A stretch of 13,553 nucleotides of DNA from a candidate division WOR-3 bacterium. Lineage in GTDB: Bacteria > Hydrothermota > Tepidihabitantia > Tepidihabitantales > Tepidihabitantaceae. A model generated the notes under the pieces. It searched no databases. It saw nothing but the letters and a program-made list of their open reading frames with translations, and was not told the origin of the DNA. The DNA lies in NCBI GenBank assembly GCA_965648905.1, contig CBFGIT010000050.1, positions 1 through 13,553 on the forward strand, read 5' to 3'. Below are positions 6,120-12,703 of this stretch, piece by piece; position 1 is the stretch's first letter, and every line of letters begins with the position of its first letter. A program made the position numbers and the translations under genes.

Positions 6120-7085
6120 CTACTCGCCGGGGCGGGTGTCTGTCTGGTTCTTGCCGAAGAGGTCGAGAAAACGGTCCTCGAACTTCTCGAACAGCCCCCA
6201 GCGGTCGAGTTCCTGTTTGAGGATGACCGCCTTGCTGCGGTCCCGTTGCGCCTCTTCGAACAACTGTTCGATTCGCTGCATCAGTTCGTGTGGCTCGGGT
6301 CGGGTCTCAGGTTCACTGGTCGTTTCGTCTTCGCCGCCGAGTGCCTCGGTACGCTGCCGTAGTTCCTGGACGGCTGCGGAAACGCGTGCCTCGAACTCGC
6401 CCAGCACCCGATCAACCTCACTGATGGCAGCGTCGATTTCCTTGGAGGCCACGGTGGTGTTAAGGATGCGTTCAAAGACCTCGATGATTGCTTTGGAGGC
6501 TTTGGGATTGGGGGTCTCGACCGCATACTGGGGCATGGTCGCAAGGAAGCATGCCGCAGTCATGTGGTGTCTGTCGGCCAGACCCAGGATCACGCCGTTC
6601 AGTCCGCTGATGCGGCCTTCGGTCAGCGGTTCAACGCCGAGCGCTGAAAACCGAGCCCTGAGCAGCTCGTTCGTTGCGACGCCGTAGACCCTGGGAATCT
6701 GCCGGAAGCTCATCGGCAGGGCATAGGCTGCGCCGGTGTAGACCGTCTCGACCCCGAACTGCCTGCAGAAATCAAGCAGCTCATCGGCCACCTTGAGACC
6801 CGCGGCGCCCGGGAGCTGGGTGTCGCCCTCGAATATGAAGAGCGCTGGTTCGCTGCTCAAGTACAGGTATTGGTTGGGCGGCGGCGGGAGTTGTCCAAGT
6901 CCGTTCTGGACATTGATTGAGTCTGGGTAGTAGAACTGACTAACATCGAGCCGGGCAAACAGTCGTGCGTTGAGCATGCGCCGCAGATAGTCGGCCGCGC
7001 CAATTCCCACCTGGCCCATTCCGGGCCATCCGGCTATCAGAACCGGCACCTTGGCAGGTGCATCCAGCAATTGCTCAACAGGCAT
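6120..7085 (-). CDS. PAC2 (proteasome assembly chaperone 2) family protein
   Basis: 321-aa ORF with family-typical segments: VLIAGWPGMGQVGIGAADYL, FIFEGDTQ, LLDFCRQFGVETVYTGAA, VYGVAT, GRISGLNGVILG, ACFLATMP, PNPKASKAIIEVF. A helical charged C-terminal extension follows. The ATG is immediately preceded by an in-frame TAG, which fixes the longest possible start. Confidence 0.85.
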   Translation of the reverse strand: MPVEQLLDAPAKVPVLIAGWPGMGQVGIGAADYLRRMLNARLFARLDVSQFYYPDSINVQNGLGQLPPPPNQYLYLSSEPALFIFEGDTQLPGAAGLKVADELLDFCRQFGVETVYTGAAYALPMSFRQIPRVYGVATNELLRARFSALGVEPLTEGRISGLNGVILGLADRHHMTAACFLATMPQYAVETPNPKASKAIIEVFERILNTTVASKEIDAAISEVDRVLGEFEARVSAAVQELRQRTEALGGEDETTSEPETRPEPHELMQRIEQLFEEAQRDRSKAVILKQELDRWGLFEKFEDRFLDLFGKNQTDTRPGE

Positions 7086-7093
7086 CTATCAGA

Positions 7094-7121
7094 TTAGACG
7101 CTGCAGAGGTCGCCAGGTTCC
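7094..7121 (-). promoter_or_regulatory. Candidate ECF (sigmaE/AlgU-like) promoter of the PAC2 gene
   Basis: Minus strand gGAACCT (7121-7115), 16-nt spacer, TCTAA (7098-7094), then 8 nt to the ATG. This resembles the GAACTT-N16-TCTGA/TCAAA consensus. No TTGAC-type -35 is correctly placed here. Confidence 0.5.
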
Positions 7122-7201
7122 GCGCCGCCGGACCTGTGGCACAGGACTGCGGCTAGACAGGTTCAAACTCAAGACCTCCGACAGGAGTCTGGGTGAGGCA
7201 T

Positions 7202-8338
7202 TCAGTGGGCTTGTTGGATGCTGGGCTTCGGACTTGGGGCTGCGGGTTCGGAGCCATGAACTTCGACGGCTGCCGTTACCTCGGGTCTTGTTTCGAGCTT
7301 GCCTTCGAGCTGAGCTACCCGGCGGCTGGCATCGTCGTACTTGTTCCGTGCGTGGGTCAGGTGAGTGCCCAGCAGCTCGAAATCCTCGCGGAAACGGGCA
7401 AACTCGGTCTGAAGTCGTCCCAGGTGGTCAAGAATCTCTCGAGCCTGCTGCTCAACCTGCATGCCGCGCAGACCAAATACAATCGCCTGCAGGTAGGCAT
7501 ACAGGGTTCCGGGTGATACCGGAATCACCCGTCGCTCAACCGCATAGGATGCCAGACTCTCATCGTCGGCCTCATCCCGGACAATCGTCTCATAGTAGAC
7601 GTTCTCCGCCGGGATGTACATCAAAGCGAAATCGAAAGTCCCTTCATCCGGCAGGATGTACTTTCGACTTACCGCATCAACGTGTTTCCGGACGTCAGCG
7701 AGCAGCTTCTTGCGCAGGACCTGACGTTCGGCATCAGTCATCGCCGTGGTCAGGCGCTGGAAGTTCTCGAGCGGGAACTTCGCGTCAACCGGAACCAGTT
7801 TCTGGTTCAACCGGATGACTGCATCAACGGTCTCGCCGCTGGCGAATCGGTGCTGCAGTTCGTAGTTGCCGGGCACGACCTGTCCGAGCAGGTTGCCAAG
7901 AAACAACTCCCCGACCAGACCGCGTAGCTTCGGTGCGCGCAGGATGTTCTGCAGTGACGAGATGTCCTTGCCGATGGCCTGCATCTCTTCGGTCGCCCGG
8001 GAGAGCTGGCCCATTGTTGCCGAGACGTCGCGGATGACGCGCAGGGTGTTGTCGAGCCGGGTGTTCACCTGCCCGGTCACCTCGCGCATCCCCTGGTCCA
8101 GTGCAATCAGGCGTTGTGTGAGCTGAAACGTGATGTCGGTGGATTGCTGCCCCAGGGTTCGGGTGTTCTTATCAATCGCGTCCGCGGTGTCGCGCCGCAA
8201 CGCATCCATCTGCTGCTGAAGCATGGACAAAGCCTGTTGATCGCGGCTTGGGCGCTGGAGGTGTTTGTAGATCATGACTGCCAGCGCGATGACCGCGGCC
8301 AGGCCCAGAATGACAACTACCAGTAACGCGTTTCCCAT
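7202..8338 (-). CDS. rmuC: DNA recombination protein RmuC family (membrane anchor, coiled coil, PD-(D/E)XK-type nuclease-like domain)
   Basis: N-terminal hydrophobic helix LLVVVILGLAAVIALAVMIY, a Gln-rich coiled coil, and RmuC motifs LRAPKLRGLVGELFL, VDAVI...VPVDAKFPLENF, KYILPDEGTFDFALMYIPAENVY, VIPVSPGTLYAYL. I moved the start from the track's TTG 8359 to ATG 8338 because 8359 lies inside the promoter spacer. Confidence 0.92.
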   Translation of the reverse strand: MGNALLVVVILGLAAVIALAVMIYKHLQRPSRDQQALSMLQQQMDALRRDTADAIDKNTRTLGQQSTDITFQLTQRLIALDQGMREVTGQVNTRLDNTLRVIRDVSATMGQLSRATEEMQAIGKDISSLQNILRAPKLRGLVGELFLGNLLGQVVPGNYELQHRFASGETVDAVIRLNQKLVPVDAKFPLENFQRLTTAMTDAERQVLRKKLLADVRKHVDAVSRKYILPDEGTFDFALMYIPAENVYYETIVRDEADDESLASYAVERRVIPVSPGTLYAYLQAIVFGLRGMQVEQQAREILDHLGRLQTEFARFREDFELLGTHLTHARNKYDDASRRVAQLEGKLETRPEVTAAVEVHGSEPAAPSPKPSIQQAH

Positions 8339-8347
8339 AGCACGCAA

Positions 8348-8375
8348 AGAATAGACCAACTCCCGGGCCGGTCAA
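8348..8375 (-). promoter_or_regulatory. sigma70-type promoter of rmuC
   Basis: Minus strand TTGACC (8375-8370), 16-nt spacer, TATTCT (8353-8348), then 9 nt to ATG 8338. No SD. Confidence 0.7.
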
Positions 8376-8424
8376 GTTCTGACCTCAGCTCGAACGAAGC
8401 GCGGCTGGCTCAGGAGTTAGAGGG

Positions 8425-11400
8425 CTACTCGATTACGAGCTTCTGTACCGCTGTCCCGTGCTCACCGGACAACCGGACGAAGTAGACTCCCGGCTTAAGC
8501 TGCTGGGTGGAAAGCTCGGTTGACCGGGCTCGGCCCGGAGCCAGCGCGAGACTGCTGGCCACGCGCCCGACCGCATCGTACAGGGTCAACAATGAATGCC
8601 CCGGTCCAGGGTAGGAGTACTTAAGGCTGATGCGGCTGCTCCGTACCACAGGACTGGCACAACAGACCCAGGAACCGTTCGGTTCAGTTTGCAGGGTGCT
8701 TGACGCTGAACTCTGGATGCCTTGAACCCGCGCCTGAGCGAACATAAGACTTGAATCCGCAGTGTAGCACCAAAACTCACGCGTCTTGTTGCCCTTGAGT
8801 GCCCAGACGACCCCGTCCAGGTACGCCACACCGGCCCCGGCCTTGGGTTTCTTTCTCTTCAGTGACGAGCCAACCGAAGGAATAGTATCGAACTCAGTCC
8901 AGGTTGTAAGCGATGGAATGAACGCCCAGCATTCCTGAGTGTTACCACCTTTGAGAGCGTAGACCACGCCACCGCCCCACGCTGCACATCCGCCGTCCTT
9001 TGATTTCTTGCGGCCGGAGAGACCGACCATCGGCATCCCGGGTAGAGGTGCGGGCTCCCATGTGTCGGCATCGATGTCGTATACCCAGAGTTCATGGTAC
9101 TTTGCTTTGTGAGCATAGAGCTTGCGTTCGCCATCCCAGACCAGCCACGACCCTTTGTCCCACTTGGCGCGTTCGCCGGACGGTGCGCTGGCAAGTGTGT
9201 ACCAGGTGTCGGAATCGATTCTGTACCGGTAGAAGTCGGTCTTGCCGCCTTTGAGGCAGTAGACCGAGCCAACGCCTGACTTCTCGACGTACGCCAGGCC
9301 TGAGCCGCCTTTGACCTTCTTGTTTGACGGAGCTTTGGGCACATCTGCTTTTTGGGACCAGCTATCTCCGCGGGTGTCGTAGCACCAGAAGCCTGACGTG
9401 CCGTTGCCCTTGAGCGCGTAGATGAAGTTGCTGCCGTCGTTCGTCAGAGCGCCGCCGTCTCCGACCTTCTTCGCCTCTCTGCCGTCGGGGATCGAGGCGG
9501 ACGTCAGCCAGGTTGAATCGCCGGTCGGGTAGCGGAAGAAATCGCTTGTCTTGTTTCCTTTTAGGGCGTAGAGCGCAGTCGGAACCGCTGTGAGTGCTCC
9601 GCCTTTGCCGACCTCGCGGCCCCCAGGCAGGACCGGCACGGAACTCCGTTCGATCCAGCGGCCGGGAGCCCGGACCGCAAACAAGACCCGGTTCGTATCG
9701 TTTCCGGTGTTGACGTCGCCGGCGCAGCGGACACTGAATACCGCTCGGTAGTCACCGGCTCCTGCCTGCCACACCGGCAGCGTGATGACCCGCGTCTCAT
9801 TCTGGCCAAGCAGGTCTACCCATGACGACTCAGCGTAGACCGGCAGGCCCTGGCGGAAGAAGACAAGGAAGGCCCAGAATGACGCTTGGATGTTACCGGC
9901 ATTGCGCACCCGGGCCTGAGGACGCAGCGGGCCAGGCGGAGTTAGCCCGGCTGGAGCGAGAATCGCATCCGCGGCAGCGTCAATCACCGGGTCGCTGACC
10001 ACGAACGTGCTCCAGATTGTGTCATCGTCAGTCCGGGCATCGCCGGGTAGGAGAGTCCATGCCATGCACTGGTGATCACCGATTGCCACCGGGGTCCATG
10101 TCGGCAGCGTCACCACGGCGGTTTCGCCTGGAGCGAGCTTGCATCGGGCGCTGTCACGATATACCGGTGTAGCGAAGCGCTCGACAAGCAGATGCACTGG
10201 GAAGGAGTCGGCAACCGAACCTCGATTCCTCACCCGGATTCTGGGCCGCAGCGGATGAGAAGCACCGACGCTTCCTGACGGCGTCAGAACCGCCATGGGA
10301 CAGACACTGTGCAGGGCGACGAGGACGCGCTGTCGCATCGTGTCGTTCGCGCGTTGCTCATCACTTCCAAGCAGCGTCCACGCTCTCACCGTGTAACTGC
10401 CAGTCGAAGCCAGCCAGTATGACCGAAACGTCACATTCAGCTCTTCTCCCGGCTCGATCGGCCCGCGAAACGTATCGTTCGCCGAGAACACGACGTTCCC
10501 GCCCGCGTCCTCGATACTCAGACGTACCGGGACATTCGAATCAGGCACGCTTCCATAGTTGAAGATGCTTACCATTGGAGAGATGCTGCCTGGGTTCGTA
10601 ATGCTGTCCGGTCGGCGCAGCCCGCTTGCTCCGACATCATGGTAGGCGGCACCGACGACCACGGTCTTTACCACCGAGTCGTTCCGGATGTTCATGTCCC
10701 CAGACAGACTGTGCCGGGCAGTGGCGCGATATGTCCCGAAAGTCGCATTCCAGATGGGGTAGACGAGGGTGTCGGTCTGGCCTGGAGCGAGGCTGGTATT
10801 CACGGTCTGCTGGTATCCAGGGTCGATGCGCAGCACGACCGGGCAGTTTGTAATCGGGACGTTGCCATAGTTCCTGACCTCGACGCGCGGTGCGATGCTG
10901 CCGGGCAGGATTCTGGTATGGGGTGCAAGAATCCGAGGGATGCCCAGGTCCAGGTAGCGAACGAGCAGCGATGCGCTGACTGCGTCGTTCGCAGCCGGGA
11001 GGTCGGTGCTGAGCATTGTTGAACAGGTCCGGGTGTAGTTGCCGGGAATCGCGACGAACGAGGCGAAGCTAACATCCCTTGTCGCACCCGGAGCGAGCGC
11101 GAAGACCTGCTGAGTGTCGCAGTACGTCCCGATGCGGTAGATGCAGTTGAAGTTCTCGGTGTAAGTGCCGAAGTTTTGTACCCGGGCCCTTGGATCCACG
11201 AGTGTGCCAGAATCCACTACCCCGCCAGGACTCAGCAGGGCGACCGCGCCGACGTCGTGGACGCGAACGTCGATCTGCCTGGTCTTGAGGTCGTTTCCGG
11301 GCGCGCAGTCGTTCGTGGTCATCGTGGTGCAGCGGGCAGTGTGCGTGCCGCGCGGGCCGGTCAGAACGCGGCTGGCGAAGTTGACGAGAACGGTCTCGCC

Positions 11401-12387
11401 CGGCGCAATGGCCTGCTGACGGGTGTCTGAGTAGAAGCTGCCGATTCTCATCCAGGCAAAGGTCGTCTCGGGCTCGGTGCCGGCGTTGAAGAGCAGCGCC
11501 TGGGGCGTCACCGCATAGCCGGAATCGACCGCATTCGGCGGGCCGGTCACGGCAGCGCAACCGACGTCGCGTACTGCAACCCGGCATGTCGTGTCCGCAT
11601 GGTCGTTGGCTCGCTGAAAGTCATAGGCGAGCATCGTCGAGCACCGGACCGGCAGGGTCCCTCGCGGCCCCGGATTCGGCCATAAGGGGAAGGCAACTTC
11701 GCGAAACGTGCCGGGCAGGTGTCCGCTCACGAAGATACTGTCACGGTATGACGTTCCGATGCGGCACATCACCCAGTAGCTGACCGGACATGCCGAGTAG
11801 TTGTAGGTGCTGCAGCGTGGCACAACGCCCACGCCAGAGTCTACTCTGCCGGTTGGGGTGATTATTCTAGTTACGCCGACGTCGGTCAGGTAGGCAGTAA
11901 GCTCGACATCGTCAACATAAACGCCAAACCCGGTCTGCTGGTCGTTGCAACCGAAATGGAATCTGATTCCGTCAACTGTCGCGGGTACGTCGAACGAATC
12001 CTGACGCCACTGCTCGAGAACGGCCGTTGTCTGCCACACCGTATACCAGCCGGTTGCGCTATGGAACTCCAGGCGGATGGTATCCCAGCCCGCGGTCTCC
12101 AGACCCAGCCAGCGCCAGAACCTCAGCTTGGCCACGCCGTAGCCACTCAGACTGAAGTACTTAGTCATTCGGTTCGCTAAGCTATTGGGATAAGAGCTGG
12201 AGTTACAGCACTTGGCGCTGGCGCTAGGTGTGTTGTAGCGGTCGGTCATCCTGGTCCAATTGACTGTGCCGCGCACGGGCTCCAAGACCCAACCCGAAGG
12301 GAAGTTGTCCATGTTGTCAGAGAAGATGGTATTCTGGGCCAGCACGACCCCGAGCCCGATGGTGCAGAGAGCCAGCAGACGCTTCAT
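8425..12387 (-). CDS. Large secreted surface protein: signal peptide, MAM/cleaved-adhesin-like jelly-roll, seven CARDB-like Ig domains, 6-bladed Kelch-like propeller, T9SS type A-like sorting domain
   Basis: About 1320 aa. ATG 12387 has GGAGG 6 nt upstream (12398-12394) and is preferred over TTG 12390. Signal peptide MKRLLALCTIGLGVVLA/Q. N-domain TIFSDNMDNFPSGW...GVYVDDVEL. Seven ~105-aa DVG...N-x-G...ND units. YALKG repeats. C-terminus LTLYDAVGRV...LKPGVYFVRL...VQKLVIE. Confidence 0.9.
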   Translation of the reverse strand: MKRLLALCTIGLGVVLAQNTIFSDNMDNFPSGWVLEPVRGTVNWTRMTDRYNTPSASAKCCNSSSYPNSLANRMTKYFSLSGYGVAKLRFWRWLGLETAGWDTIRLEFHSATGWYTVWQTTAVLEQWRQDSFDVPATVDGIRFHFGCNDQQTGFGVYVDDVELTAYLTDVGVTRIITPTGRVDSGVGVVPRCSTYNYSACPVSYWVMCRIGTSYRDSIFVSGHLPGTFREVAFPLWPNPGPRGTLPVRCSTMLAYDFQRANDHADTTCRVAVRDVGCAAVTGPPNAVDSGYAVTPQALLFNAGTEPETTFAWMRIGSFYSDTRQQAIAPGETVLVNFASRVLTGPRGTHTARCTTMTTNDCAPGNDLKTRQIDVRVHDVGAVALLSPGGVVDSGTLVDPRARVQNFGTYTENFNCIYRIGTYCDTQQVFALAPGATRDVSFASFVAIPGNYTRTCSTMLSTDLPAANDAVSASLLVRYLDLGIPRILAPHTRILPGSIAPRVEVRNYGNVPITNCPVVLRIDPGYQQTVNTSLAPGQTDTLVYPIWNATFGTYRATARHSLSGDMNIRNDSVVKTVVVGAAYHDVGASGLRRPDSITNPGSISPMVSIFNYGSVPDSNVPVRLSIEDAGGNVVFSANDTFRGPIEPGEELNVTFRSYWLASTGSYTVRAWTLLGSDEQRANDTMRQRVLVALHSVCPMAVLTPSGSVGASHPLRPRIRVRNRGSVADSFPVHLLVERFATPVYRDSARCKLAPGETAVVTLPTWTPVAIGDHQCMAWTLLPGDARTDDDTIWSTFVVSDPVIDAAADAILAPAGLTPPGPLRPQARVRNAGNIQASFWAFLVFFRQGLPVYAESSWVDLLGQNETRVITLPVWQAGAGDYRAVFSVRCAGDVNTGNDTNRVLFAVRAPGRWIERSSVPVLPGGREVGKGGALTAVPTALYALKGNKTSDFFRYPTGDSTWLTSASIPDGREAKKVGDGGALTNDGSNFIYALKGNGTSGFWCYDTRGDSWSQKADVPKAPSNKKVKGGSGLAYVEKSGVGSVYCLKGGKTDFYRYRIDSDTWYTLASAPSGERAKWDKGSWLVWDGERKLYAHKAKYHELWVYDIDADTWEPAPLPGMPMVGLSGRKKSKDGGCAAWGGGVVYALKGGNTQECWAFIPSLTTWTEFDTIPSVGSSLKRKKPKAGAGVAYLDGVVWALKGNKTREFWCYTADSSLMFAQARVQGIQSSASSTLQTEPNGSWVCCASPVVRSSRISLKYSYPGPGHSLLTLYDAVGRVASSLALAPGRARSTELSTQQLKPGVYFVRLSGEHGTAVQKLVIE
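8756..9663 (-). repeat. Six Kelch-like repeats (protein level) in the 1320-aa gene
   Basis: Blade cores YALKGNKTSDFFRY, YALKGNGTSGFWCY, YCLKGGKTDFYRY, YAHKAKYHELWVY, YALKGGNTQECWAF, WALKGNKTREFWCY. Boundaries approximate. Confidence 0.8.
9664..11886 (-). repeat. Seven tandem CARDB-like Ig domains (protein level)
   Basis: Units start TDVG, RDVG, HDVG, LDLG, HDVG, HSVC, IDAA and end DFQRAND, DCAPGND, DLPAAND, DMNIRND, DEQRAND, DARTDDD, DVNTGND. Boundaries approximate. Confidence 0.8.
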
Positions 12388-12487
12388 CAATTGCCTCCAG
12401 AATCTGATTTGTGCTCAGCCGAAATATCAAGCATCAGGCCTTGGTCAGGGTCGATAACCCGCCTCGGCCGTGTCAGTCAGCCGGGTA

Positions 12488-12515
12488 ATGATACCATCAG
12501 CCAGCCACGGGTCAA
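12488..12515 (-). promoter_or_regulatory. sigma70-type promoter (extended -10) of the 1320-aa gene
   Basis: Minus strand TTGACC (12515-12510), 16-nt spacer ending TGG, TATCAT (12493-12488). Implies a ~95-nt leader. Confidence 0.72.
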
Positions 12516-12546
12516 GGTTGTTCGGTCGCGCCGTTGCCGGAATTTC

Positions 12547-12574
12547 TTGACTTGGCCGGGCCTACGGCTACGAT
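12547..12574 (+). promoter_or_regulatory. sigma70-type promoter of the plus-strand secreted protein gene, divergent from the previous promoter
   Basis: TTGACT (12547-12552), 16-nt spacer, TACGAT (12569-12574). Implies a ~123-nt leader. Confidence 0.68.
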
Positions 12575-12580
12575 TTTTGC

Positions 12581-12703
12581 GGTCGCGGGGACCAGCCCGG
12601 GCGAGAGCTCGGTCACTTCCACCGGCCGCACCATGCGGACCGGGCGCCCGTGGTTTCATCCGAATTATCCGACCCTTTCCCCAGGGGTCGCAAAGGAGCG
12701 TAC
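12581..12703 (+). promoter_or_regulatory. Predicted structured 5' UTR with RBS
   Basis: GNRA-capped hairpin CCGGGC-GAGA-GCUCGG (12597-12612) inside an outer GGUCG/CGGCC stem. Hairpin CGACCCUU/AGGGGUCG (12670-12690) abuts SD AAAGGAG (12692-12698). Confidence 0.5.

Noticed and set aside
7100..7114. sigma54 -24/-12 promoter (TGGCG...TGCA) upstream of PAC2
   Set aside because: The GG to GC distance is 8 nt rather than the required 10. I noticed no correctly spaced sigma54 site in the intergenic regions.
8339..8359. TTG start for rmuC given by the track
   Set aside because: It lies within the predicted promoter spacer and -10. ATG 8338 directly precedes the membrane anchor.
3862..9327. DGR template/variable repeat pair
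   Set aside because: Only 36 nt, mismatches are synonymous rather than adenine-specific, and there is no reverse transcriptase in the window.
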